From a virus (lineage: Duplodnaviria; Caudoviricetes): 64,000 nucleotides of DNA. Positions 27,250 to 35,497 of this stretch are shown piece by piece. The position numbers and the translations under genes were made by a program. A model generated the notes under the pieces. It was not told the origin of the DNA. It was given only the letters and a program-made list of their open reading frames with translations, and searched no databases. The number at the start of each line of letters is the position of its first letter. Position 1 is the first letter of the stretch. Location: positions 1-64,000 of IMG/VR virus record IMGVR_UViG_3300035696_000034; one strand, written 5' to 3'.

Positions 27250-27477
27250 ATGTCTAGGTCATACAAGAAGAATCTTATTCTCACGAACTCTGGAACCGGT
27301 TGGAGAAGATTCGCCAAGTTTTATTCCAATAGGGTCGTACGTCGCACAGAAGATATCCCTAGTGGCGGAGCCTACAAAAAAATCATGGGTAGCTGGTACA
27401 TTAGTGACACAGGGGGAAGCATGTGGTACCCCAGCTACGAGTCCTGGTGGCCCAAGTGGAAAGCTAGGATGAAATAA
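27250..27477 (+). CDS. Small basic phage protein (MSRSYKK-type)
   Basis: SD AAGGAG; K/R/W-rich. Confidence 0.7.
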   Translation: MSRSYKKNLILTNSGTGWRRFAKFYSNRVVRRTEDIPSGGAYKKIMGSWYISDTGGSMWYPSYESWWPKWKARMK

Positions 27478-27489
27478 AATACATATAAC

Positions 27490-27960
27490 ATGGAGGTAAT
27501 TATGCCAGAAAAAGAAAAAGACAATGTTCGTCCAACTGAAAAAGAAGGCGAATTTCAAGAAATCCTGCAAAAAGCTAAAGAAGAAAGAAACGCCAAAACA
27601 GGGAAGCTGACAGAAGAAGCCCTTCTGGATAGTTTTATAAAACATGTTGTTCTTACTCTGTTTGTGGAATACTGCAACAAACAAGAAAAACCGAAAGAAA
27701 CTGCCAGCGCTCTTTTAAAACAATGGTCTGATACAGCTAGCTCTGGCTCGACAAAAGCTTTTGAAGAGTTGGATGAAGAAAGAAAAAAAGAATCTGAAAC
27801 ATTTCCGAATATAAATTCACTTTTCAGCGGTATCTTCGGGCTTAATGATAAAACTGAATTGGATGAGTACAGTGACATTTTTAAAAAAGCTTTGGGTACT
27901 GTTGTTACTGAAATAAACACAATAATAAGCACTCTTCCGGAAACAAAGGGAACAAAATAA
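27490..27960 (+). CDS. Acidic hypothetical protein
   Basis: ORF track; likely start at ATG27502 (SD GGAGGT). Confidence 0.6.
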   Translation: MEVIMPEKEKDNVRPTEKEGEFQEILQKAKEERNAKTGKLTEEALLDSFIKHVVLTLFVEYCNKQEKPKETASALLKQWSDTASSGSTKAFEELDEERKKESETFPNINSLFSGIFGLNDKTELDEYSDIFKKALGTVVTEINTIISTLPETKGTK

Positions 27961-28423
27961 TCTCTTTAAAAGGAGACTATCCGTGGACGAAGGCCTTAAC
28001 TTCACTCCCGAAGAGGATGAGATAGTAATTAAAAAAGCTAAACTCTTAATTGAGCAGTCCAAGACAAAAGAACAACTTAAGACGACCAAAAATTTCATAG
28101 AACTTTTTACAAGAGATTCCGAAAGCAAGAAAGAGATAAAAGAAGAACTCATACGCCTGTGGCTTGATAAGGATAAGTTACTTTTTCCATATGAAGCATT
28201 ACCGTGACGACTTCTATACTGTCATTTTCTTTGGAACCTAATCAGAGTGAAGCAATAGAGATCACTCTGAAGACCGGTGAAGTTGTCCGTGGAGCATTGC
28301 TCAGATTTAATGAAGGTACAATGACTCTTAAGATCTGTGATGCACAGGATAATTTTTCTGGAGAAGAAAGAGTAATTAAAGATAAGGAATGGATCAAGGG
28401 GATAGATTAATGAGGGGGTTACG

Positions 28424-28690
28424 ATGTCCTCCCAGTTATCTGACTTTGAGAAAAAGACATACGTAGAACGAAGAAAAATAGAGACAGACCGTTTTGATGA
28501 GGGTATGAGACGACAGCACGATCCCAGGAATGATGGGGATTATGATCTAGATTGGGTCATAAGAAATGCTGCCGATTTCAACAGACAGTGGAAAAATTGT
28601 ATCTGTAAAAATTGCAAGAACGTTAAAGAGTGCGGTTTCAAATTAGCTACGGATTGTGCACATTTTGTTGAAGAAAAAAATAATAGTTGA
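28424..28690 (+). CDS. Hypothetical protein with C-terminal Cys cluster
   Basis: SD GAGG; CICKNCKNVKEC. Confidence 0.6.
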   Translation: MSSQLSDFEKKTYVERRKIETDRFDEGMRRQHDPRNDGDYDLDWVIRNAADFNRQWKNCICKNCKNVKECGFKLATDCAHFVEEKNNS

Positions 28691-28715
28691 CATTTCTTTG
28701 TTTTGCGTGTATATT
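28687..28715 (+). promoter_or_regulatory. Sigma70-type promoter of attenuator/tRNA array C
   Basis: TTGACA-17 bp-TATATT followed by TAGTA; TTGACATTTC shared with promoter A. Confidence 0.82.
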
Positions 28716-28743
28716 TAGTACAAAGGAAAAATGGTAAAGTCAT

Positions 28744-28869
28744 ATGGATCGTAAAATCTCTATAACCCTAACATCGTCCGCGCTCTGTTTGTGCGCAACT
28801 GCACAGACATGGGCCGGATTACGCTCACATCTGTATCTTACAGGGCGTAAAAGGCGGGGTTTAGAGTAA
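28744..28869 (+). CDS. Attenuator leader peptide C (MDRKISITLTSSALCLCATAQTWAGLRSHLYLTGRKRRGLE)
   Basis: Uses all six Leu codons, all four TCN, both Cys, three Ala, three Thr codon types, His, Tyr, Trp; 24 of codons 6-33 cognate to array C. Confidence 0.8.
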   Translation: MDRKISITLTSSALCLCATAQTWAGLRSHLYLTGRKRRGLE

Positions 28870-28930
28870 AGATACACTCTAATTGGCAAACAAAAACCCC
28901 GCCGAAGAAGTTCAGCGGGGTTTTTGTTTG
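28853..28930 (+). promoter_or_regulatory. Transcription attenuator C (antiterminator/terminator)
   Basis: GGCGGGGTTT (28853-62) is the exact complement of AAACCCCGCC (28894-903); nested TTAGAGT/ACTCTAA hairpin. Confidence 0.82.
28887..28930 (+). terminator. Intrinsic terminator of attenuator C
   Basis: CAAACAAAAACCCCGC...GCGGGGTTTTTGTTTG. Confidence 0.9.
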
Positions 28931-28985
28931 TAATAAAGTATTAATAATAAAACCACCTGTATACTATATTCCCGGGGGTTTTATT

Positions 28986-29441
28986 ATGAAGACTAAAGAA
29001 AGACTAATAGCAAGAGAACTACGTCAAAAAAAAGGAATGTCTTTACGAAATATTTGCAAAAAATTAAATATAGCTAAAAGTACGGCTCGTGCTTGGACTA
29101 AAGATATAAAGATAACTGAAAAACAAAAAGAGAACCTTAGAAAGAACGTAACAAATAGCCAGTTTACTACTAAAATTCAAGACAAAGATTTGTTTGTTTG
29201 TCCCTGTTATGTAAACAGAAAATGTATAAAAAAAAGAATTTTAAAAAAGGCCCTCATTCCATATATATGCGCGCTTTGTAGTAGACCTCCTATATGGGAA
29301 GGACAAAAACTAGTTCTTATACTAGATCATATAAACGGAAACAATCTTGATTACAGGTTAAGCAATATAAGATTTTTGTGTCCTAATTGTAATAGCCAAC
29401 AAGAAACGTTTTGTAGAAATAAAAAGGTTAAAAATGTTTGA
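28986..29441 (+). CDS. HTH plus HNH homing endonuclease
   Basis: LILDHINGNNLDYRLSNIRFLCPNCNSQ. Confidence 0.88.
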   Translation: MKTKERLIARELRQKKGMSLRNICKKLNIAKSTARAWTKDIKITEKQKENLRKNVTNSQFTTKIQDKDLFVCPCYVNRKCIKKRILKKALIPYICALCSRPPIWEGQKLVLILDHINGNNLDYRLSNIRFLCPNCNSQQETFCRNKKVKNV

Positions 29442-29615
29442 ATACATCATAATGATCAGAATACCTTTCGAAGCAGGGGATGATCCAGATGCCCGAAAGA
29501 GGGCTCAAGATCTTCTGAAATACGATGTCAGTATCAATGTCCCTGAAGCCACTATGAAACTTCAGAGACTTGAGAAGGGTAAGGCACCTGAAGGAATAGC
29601 TTTGTTTACGTAGGT

Positions 29616-29684
29616 GCAGTTGTGCTTCCCCACCATGGTCGTCGTGGGGCGGAGCAGAGACCATAAAAATATGGGCGCAATTGC
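29616..29684 (+). ncRNA. Candidate pseudoknotted RNA element
   Basis: GCAGTTGTGC/GCGCAATTGC closing stem; CCCCAC/GTGGGG hairpin whose loop ATGGTC can pair with GACCAT (29659-64). Confidence 0.4.
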
Positions 29685-29790
29685 TTTTTAAATGTTCTTT
29701 GACATTTCGGTAATACTCAAAAAGCACATGTGTGAAATTAACATGTATGCTTAGGACATACAACAGTATGGTCTAACCGTACATTCAAAA

Positions 29791-29866
29791 GACGGTGTAG
29801 CCAAGTGGTAAGGCGGCTCGTCCGCAAAACGATGCCATTGGGGTTCGACTCCCCACACCGTCTCCA
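29791..29866 (+). tRNA. trnC: tRNA-Cys(GCA)
   Basis: GACGGTG/CACCGTC, loop CCGCAAA, U73, CCA. Confidence 0.85.
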
Positions 29867-29936
29867 TATACCCCGGTATGTCGGAGAAGATCGGTTGACA
29901 GAGTATCGTTAGCTATCAACTCCGATGTGCCTTTAA

Positions 29937-30014
29937 GCCCTGGTGTTGGAATGTAGACAAGCACGCCTTAGAAGCGTGTGCGAAAGCGTGAGAGTGCGAG
30001 TCTCTCCCGGGGCA
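29937..30014 (+). tRNA. trnL: tRNA-Leu(TAG)
   Basis: GCCCTGG/CCGGGGC, CACGC-CTTAGAA-GCGTG, variable arm, A73. Confidence 0.88.
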
Positions 30015-30111
30015 TTTTTTTATCCATGTAAAAACAATTTATAATAACCTCTTAATAAAATTAGCATACTTGAAAGTACTTGTGTTTAAGTGTATGCTAT
30101 TTTAACAGGAG

Positions 30112-31008
30112 GTGGGTATGAGGAGCAAAAAGTTTGATGAAAAAAAAGAAGAGATATTACAATGGGTTAAAGAAAATAGAAGCAAAGCTTTTATATGCAA
30201 AGAAATGGATTGTAGACCCAGCACTTTGGATCACTATTTCAAAGAAATAAGTATAATTTATGCGGGAAACATGGGGTGTAAAGGCTACAGAAGACCAGCT
30301 CATAAAATACCTGTTAAAGAATATCTAGGTACAGGAAAACTTATAAGGTCTCATGCATTAAAATTAAAACTAATAGAAGAAGGAGTCAAAGAGAAGAAGT
30401 GTGAGAGGTGTGGTTTAGAAAAGTGGCTTAGCAAAGACATTCCCCTTGAATTACATCATATTAATCAAAATAGATTTGACAACAGACTAGAAAATTTAGA
30501 AATTCTCTGTTCAAATTGTCATGCTTTAGAAAACAGCAAAATAAAAAGAAGGATAGATATCTTAGAAAGATTTTGTTTGAATTGTAATAAAAAAATTGAA
30601 GTAAAAGATAGTCATTACAGAAAGTATTGTTCTAATGAGTGCATAAAAGAAGCAAAAAGAAAAATTAAAAAAATAAGGTTTTGTTTGAGTTGCAGTAATG
30701 AATTTAGTGGTAGAAATAAAAAATTTTGTTCAGAACTATGTAAAAAAGAACACGATAAAACATTAAGAAAATTTGAAATAGAAAAAGATGTATTAGAAAA
30801 GCTAGTTAACTCCGTATCAACTTCTAAAATTGCTAGAATACTAGGAGTTACAGACAATGCTGTTTCTCATAGATGTAAACGATTAGGAATAAAAAAACCT
30901 CCTAGAGGTTTTTGGGCAAAAAAGTGCTCAGGAAAATCTCCAGACATCACAAAAATAGACAAAAATTTAATAGATTACTTACAGAAGAAAGGCTATAGAA
31001 TAGATTAA
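30112..31008 (+). CDS. HNH homing endonuclease with Zn ribbons and HTH
   Basis: LELHHINQNRFDNRLENLEILCSNCHA; KPPRGFWAK tail. Confidence 0.9.
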   Translation: MGMRSKKFDEKKEEILQWVKENRSKAFICKEMDCRPSTLDHYFKEISIIYAGNMGCKGYRRPAHKIPVKEYLGTGKLIRSHALKLKLIEEGVKEKKCERCGLEKWLSKDIPLELHHINQNRFDNRLENLEILCSNCHALENSKIKRRIDILERFCLNCNKKIEVKDSHYRKYCSNECIKEAKRKIKKIRFCLSCSNEFSGRNKKFCSELCKKEHDKTLRKFEIEKDVLEKLVNSVSTSKIARILGVTDNAVSHRCKRLGIKKPPRGFWAKKCSGKSPDITKIDKNLIDYLQKKGYRID

Positions 31009-31020
31009 GATTTATTTTGT

Positions 31021-31107
31021 GCGGATGTGGCGTAACTGGAAGCCGCGCAAGCCCGAGGCGCTTGTGGGAGAAGTCCCGTGCTGATTCGAATTCAGTCATC
31101 CGCACCA
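31021..31107 (+). tRNA. trnL: tRNA-Leu(GAG)
   Basis: GCGGATG/CATCCGC, CAAGC-CCGAGGC-GCTTG, ACCA. Confidence 0.88.
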
Positions 31108-31144
31108 CTTCAATAATAGCTTCCCACAATGTTATATTATACAC

Positions 31145-31738
31145 ATGGATCTCTACATTGAAACTCGTGATCGCATGCTGGCTAAAGACAGGGATATATG
31201 GCTATGGTGCATGAACAACAAATGTGTTTACCTAAATATCGGATGTGGAGATAGCGTTTACGCAGGAGCGATAAACATAGACAAATATGTCAGAAGAAAA
31301 GATGTCTTACCTGCAGATGCCCTCTATCTTCCATTTAAAGATAACAGCGTGGATTTCATATATTCAGCCCATTCTCTGGAGCATTTGACTATAAGGGATG
31401 GAAAAAAGGCTCTAAAGGCCTGGTATAAGGCTTTAAAGCCAAACGGAAGACTTATAATAGAGTTGCCCGACTTAGAATGTATCTGTCGCAATGTCCTTAA
31501 TTCTATATATCCTAAACAGCTACAATGGAACATTTATACTCTTTTTGGATATCAAATCGATCCTCGAAATTCAGACAGTTTAGATGCCAAAGCAGATCCT
31601 GGTCAATTTCATATGAGTGGATATACCCAAACAAGTCTATGCTTGGAACTTGCTATGTTAGGATTCGAGATAAAAGAGTTCCTGCATACTGATGGTTATG
31701 GGACTCCCAACATGCATGTAGACGCCTTCAAAAGATAA
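31145..31738 (+). CDS. Class I SAM-dependent methyltransferase
   Basis: LNIGCG motif I; VDFIYSAHSLEH; LKPNGRLIIELPD. Confidence 0.85.
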   Translation: MDLYIETRDRMLAKDRDIWLWCMNNKCVYLNIGCGDSVYAGAINIDKYVRRKDVLPADALYLPFKDNSVDFIYSAHSLEHLTIRDGKKALKAWYKALKPNGRLIIELPDLECICRNVLNSIYPKQLQWNIYTLFGYQIDPRNSDSLDAKADPGQFHMSGYTQTSLCLELAMLGFEIKEFLHTDGYGTPNMHVDAFKR

Positions 31739-31742
31739 TCCT

Positions 31743-31826
31743 GCGGGTATGGGGAAATTGGCAGACCCAGTAGGCCCAGATCCTACCGAGAGTAATCTCA
31801 TTTCAGTTCAAGTCTGAATACCCGCA
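31743..31826 (+). tRNA. trnL: tRNA-Leu(CAG)
   Basis: GCGGGTA/TACCCGC, GTAGG-CCCAGAT-CCTAC. Confidence 0.85.
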
Positions 31827-31846
31827 TTTCCTACATATCAATTTAT

Positions 31847-31932
31847 TGTGTGGTGGCAGAGCGGCCAATTGCACCTGACTGTAGATCAGACGCCTGTAAT
31901 GGGCTACGGAGGTTCAAATCCTCCCCACACAA
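31847..31932 (+). tRNA. trnY: tRNA-Tyr(GTA)
   Basis: TGTGTGG/CCACACA, loop CTGTAGA, long variable arm. Confidence 0.88.
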
Positions 31933-31955
31933 CTCTTTTATAATCAACTAATTAT

Positions 31956-32030
31956 GGTGGCATTAGTGTAGTGGTAGCACAAGTGGCTGTGGCCCACTTA
32001 GAGCGAGTTCGATTCTCGTATGTCACCCCA
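31956..32030 (+). tRNA. trnH: tRNA-His(GTG)
   Basis: G-1:C73 pair, AGTGG-CTGTGGC-CCACT, CCA. Confidence 0.92.
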
Positions 32031-32058
32031 ATTTTAACTTTACAGAAAGGATAATCCC

Positions 32059-32390
32059 ATGCGAAAGGCAAGCCTACCTTAACGGTTACAGGTGAAACCG
32101 AAGATGGAAAATTAGTTGTATCAGGTGTCTTTGAACTCATGTCCTCTGTACTCGGAGTCCCCTTAGAGTTTCTCCTCGAGATGTTAAAAGAGAGAAACAT
32201 TCTAGTAAGTTGGACTCACTTCTATAACTCCTCTGTAGAACATCTCTGGAGTTATAAGACAACAAGGGAGAGAGTGAGTACAGCTGTGTTTGAGGTTTAC
32301 GGCCCGGAGTACAGAGATGAGGTGATGAAGAGGTTGGATTATTATCATAGGAGCGTATCAGACAGGTCTCCAAAACCTGATTTACTGTAA
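32059..32390 (+). CDS. Hypothetical protein requiring a -1 frameshift near its start
   Basis: SD AAAGGA plus ATG32059 in one frame; long start-less open frame from 32055 in the -1 frame; junction ATG CGA AAG. Confidence 0.5.
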
Positions 32391-32430
32391 TTGGGTGAAA
32401 ATGGGGGTTCGACTCCCTCCGCTCCTGCCA
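32349..32430 (+). tRNA. trnW: tRNA-Trp(CCA) lacking a D-arm, with long variable arm
   Basis: AGGAGCG/CGCTCCT, CAGGT-CTCCAAA-ACCTG, T-loop TTCGACT, GCCA; only 7 nt between acceptor and anticodon stems. Confidence 0.75.
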
Positions 32431-32467
32431 CCCATAAATTATCTGTTAATAGGTTTCGAATCTTAAT

Positions 32468-32543
32468 GCCGGTGTATCTCAATTAGTAGAGGGCCTCACT
32501 TGTAATGAGGAAGTTGGGGATGCAAGTTCCTCCACCGGCCCCA
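32468..32543 (+). tRNA. trnT: tRNA-Thr(TGT)
   Basis: GCCGGTG/CACCGGC, CCTCA-CTTGTAA-TGAGG, CCA. Confidence 0.9.
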
Positions 32544-32550
32544 TTTTTTC

Positions 32551-32624
32551 GCTTCTGTAGTTTAAAGGTAGAATGCGCCCTCGGTAAGGGTGAGGAGCTT
32601 TCGGTTCGATTCCGGCCAGCGGCT
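32551..32624 (+). tRNA. trnT: tRNA-Thr(GGT), degenerate
   Basis: CGCCC-TCGGTAA-GGGTG (C33); mismatches in acceptor and T stems. Confidence 0.6.
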
Positions 32625-32695
32625 TTTTTCTTTAGGAATCAATTGTCTAGATAGTATATTATTATAGACCCAAACCTCATTGAAAGGAGCACATA

Positions 32696-32719
32696 ATGGC
32701 ATCCACCACCATGCGGTAG
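32696..32719 (+). promoter_or_regulatory. uORF MASTTMR* upstream of ORF 32745
   Basis: SD AAAGGAG; ends in TAG inside hairpin GCGGTA/TACCGC; its 5' end can pair with GGATCCAT just before ATG32745. Confidence 0.4.
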
Positions 32720-32744
32720 CGAGTACCGCTAGAAGGGATCCATT

Positions 32745-33017
32745 ATGTCTCATCCGAAGGATCGTCATGAACGCTTCCTCATCGGCAAAAAGCTTGGGGA
32801 AAAACGAGGGTACAGGTATTGGAATGGGTTTAAATTCATCCGGGACGAAGAGCAGAGGAAAGAAGATCTCAGAATAGCCTCTTTTAAAAGACGAGATACC
32901 ACCAAACTTTGTTCTTGCATGATGTGTGGAAATCCTCGCAGGATGTCCTCAAAAAAAGATGTTAAGCTTACTATGCAAGAAAGAAAACTTCCAGATTGGA
33001 AGAAGGAGGCAGAATGA
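32745..33017 (+). CDS. Small basic phage protein (CSCxxCGNPRR-type)
   Basis: KRRDTTKLCSCMMCGNPRR. Confidence 0.7.
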   Translation: MSHPKDRHERFLIGKKLGEKRGYRYWNGFKFIRDEEQRKEDLRIASFKRRDTTKLCSCMMCGNPRRMSSKKDVKLTMQERKLPDWKKEAE

Positions 33018-33496
33018 CTCGAGCTGCAGCAGGTCTTAAAAAACATTATTGGAATTGCGTAACAAAAGTATGGATGGCTGGTAATACTAAACTATCCGCA
33101 GAGATGGTTTGTGCAGTTACCGGAACTCCTGATAAAAAATTGAATTTTAATAAAGTACGGATGCTACTGAAAGAAGCAGAAGACTATATAAAAAATCTTT
33201 AACTAAAGGAGAACATATGCCTCAATTATCCGGAGACCTAAAGTCATATAGTGGAATAACTTTGATGGAACGAACAAAAAGTATGCTTGAAAAAGCCACA
33301 AAGCTAGGATTTACAATTCTCCCTTCCGTTTACAGAGATAAAACAACCAGTGAAAAGATCTATAATGTCTTCAAATGCTACAACGGTAAAGAAGAAGCCT
33401 ATGCTCTTATAGTCAAAGACTGGATAAAAGGATTCCCGCGAATCGATTCTAAAGGGAATATCAAAGCAAAGTGATTTTATACGGGAAAGGTTTCTC

Positions 33497-34036
33497 ATGT
33501 ACGTAATGGTTGATATCGAAGCGGATGGTCCGATCCCAGGGGATTATTCGATGATCTCGTTCGGGGCGGTTTTGATCGACAGATCACCTTTAGCTATATC
33601 GACTAACAAGGAAAAATTCGATACTACCTTTTTTGGGAAGCTCCATCCCATATCTGATCAATTCGTTCCGGAAGCTCTGGCAGTTTCTGGTTATACCAGA
33701 GAAGAGACTATGACATTCCCCGATCCCCTCAAGGTTGTGCAGAATTTTGATCTATGGCTGCACGAGCATAATCGGGAGCAGCCAAAGTTTATTTCCGATA
33801 ATAACGGATTCGACTGGATGTTTATGTGTTGGTATTTTTGGCATTTTCTCCATAAGAATCCATTCGGTCACAGTTCTACAAATTTAGGGTCATTTTATAA
33901 GGGCATCGAGAGGAGTTTTAAAAGAAATTTTAAACATCTTCGGAAGACCAGGCACTCGCATAATCCTATGGAAGATTCAATCGGTAATGCAGAGGCATTT
34001 TGCACGATTATTCAGAACAATCATGTCGAGTATTAA
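33497..34036 (+). CDS. DEDDh 3'-5' exoribonuclease (Rv2179c-like)
   Basis: MVDIEADGP, NGFDWMF, HNPMEDS. Confidence 0.85.
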   Translation: MYVMVDIEADGPIPGDYSMISFGAVLIDRSPLAISTNKEKFDTTFFGKLHPISDQFVPEALAVSGYTREETMTFPDPLKVVQNFDLWLHEHNREQPKFISDNNGFDWMFMCWYFWHFLHKNPFGHSSTNLGSFYKGIERSFKRNFKHLRKTRHSHNPMEDSIGNAEAFCTIIQNNHVEY

Positions 34037-34108
34037 GGGGCTGTAGATTAGTGGGAAATCGGGACACCGGCAGTGTTCAGAGCGTCAGTTCGACCCTGAC
34101 CAGCTCCA
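34037..34108 (+). tRNA. trnA: tRNA-Ala(GGC)
   Basis: GGGGCTG/CAGCTCC with G3:U70, loop CCGGCAG. Confidence 0.85.
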
Positions 34109-34774
34109 CTTTTAAGGATCATTGTGAATAAAGAAGAGTTCTACGAATACATGGACGATCAGAATAACTATGAGAGGGTCGTCCTGGGAATCGACATAGC
34201 AGTTATGCATGTTGGATTTGAAGCTGTCTACGATGCGAGCATACAGTGCGGCAGAGCTAAAGATGTTGAGGCTATGCAGTATATCATAAATAACCATATA
34301 AACACAAACATGCTTGCAAAAATATCGGGGCTGCATTGAAATACCCAAAGAACTTTATCAACTATTGGGACGAAGGTCAGAAAATCAGGCATCTGAACTG
34401 GAATCTAAAAAGAAACAGCACGCAGATTGTTAAAAGGCTGGGCATTGTTAGATGGTATAAAAAAGGATTCTGGAAGAGATATTTCAGGAAAAAGATGACG
34501 AGAGAGGCACTATGGGAATGATAAAAGTCGGTGATTACTTTAAGACCAAAACTGGAGCTTTAGGTGTCGTTGTAATCCTCATAGGAGGAGGCACTCCTCG
34601 GGAACTCTACGGGGACATGGCTCCAGGAGCCGAGAGCGGCTATGAGTATTTCACACTGTACGTTGACAAAAATCTAAGATACGGAAGATCGAAGGTACAG
34701 CTGATGCCCCTCAATAGATATGCTATCGGGGATGTCACAAAGATCAGCAAACGAGAATACAATCAATTGTTGAG

Positions 34775-35044
34775 GTGAATATGCTCCTTCCATCATCAAC
34801 AACTGTAATGCGGATACCGTCTTACTTTCTTAGGGTAAAAAAGACTGGTATGATTAGTATAGCTTATGAATGTCATCCAGATGGCATCCACCTTCACTTA
34901 GAGAGAGATTTACACGCATACACCTTGGAAGATCTGGAACCTGCAACTGAAGAAGAATATCAAGATCAAATAAGACGCATTAAAAATACTCACACTGAAA
35001 AAGAATACAACGAACTTTTAGAAAATTTTAAAAAAAGACTGTAA
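34775..35044 (+). CDS. Hypothetical protein (paralog of 36489-36743)
   Basis: MLLP...IPSY.L.VKKTG...DGIHL.LERDL shared with 36489. Confidence 0.7.
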   Translation: MNMLLPSSTTVMRIPSYFLRVKKTGMISIAYECHPDGIHLHLERDLHAYTLEDLEPATEEEYQDQIRRIKNTHTEKEYNELLENFKKRL

Positions 35045-35442
35045 CTCAGCCGGAATAGAAATGAACCTCTACAAATTTGGTGTTTTATTGTTTTGGATTG
35101 GTGTAGTATTAGGCATCGCGGTGATTATCGGGAGCATATGGTGGCCACAATATACAATAACAACTTTAGGTGGAATTGTCGTATGCATAGCAACATCCTC
35201 AATGGTTTCTGGAGTTTTTGTACTAATAATGTTAGAGGGATGATTAAATGGCACTAACAGCAGGACTCGCAAAAGTGATGGGTTGGAAGCTAGATCACCC
35301 CAACGGTCTTGATGACACGCCTTGGGTGATGCCTGTAGAATACAGAAAAGTCCCGACATTAGCAGATGTTATTAAACATGGCTTTGAGTTCTCAAGAAAA
35401 ATTGAGCGGGATCTTAAAAAATTGAAGAGAAAGAAATAGTTT

Positions 35443-35468
35443 GGGGCTGTAGCACAGTTGGGAATGTG
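35443..35468 (+). pseudogene. 5' remnant of a tRNA-Ala gene
   Basis: GGGGCTGTAGCACAGTTGGGAATGTG (acceptor 5' strand plus D-arm), then breaks off before the DUF4145 gene. Confidence 0.65.
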
Positions 35469-35497
35469 TTTATAGGTATATATAAAGGAGTTTTTGT

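Noticed and set aside
28731-28754. MVKSYGS* as the real leader peptide of attenuator C
   Set aside because: It has a good SD but ends about 100 nt before the antiterminator and is too short to carry the array's codon set; kept only as a possible accessory uORF.
29428-29763. Minus-strand 111-aa ORF
   Set aside because: Overlaps a plausible plus-strand 59-aa gene (29434-29613) and structured RNA in an all-plus-strand region.
29871-29935. Hairpin TCGGAG..GTTGA/TCAAC..CTCCGA between tRNA-Cys and tRNA-Leu
   Set aside because: Single imperfect stem without further features; it may be a processing spacer, with too little evidence to call.
32551-32624. Four-base anticodon (CGGT) frameshift-suppressor reading of the Thr tRNA
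   Set aside because: An 8-nt loop breaks the anticodon stem; the 7-nt TCGGTAA register pairs all five positions.
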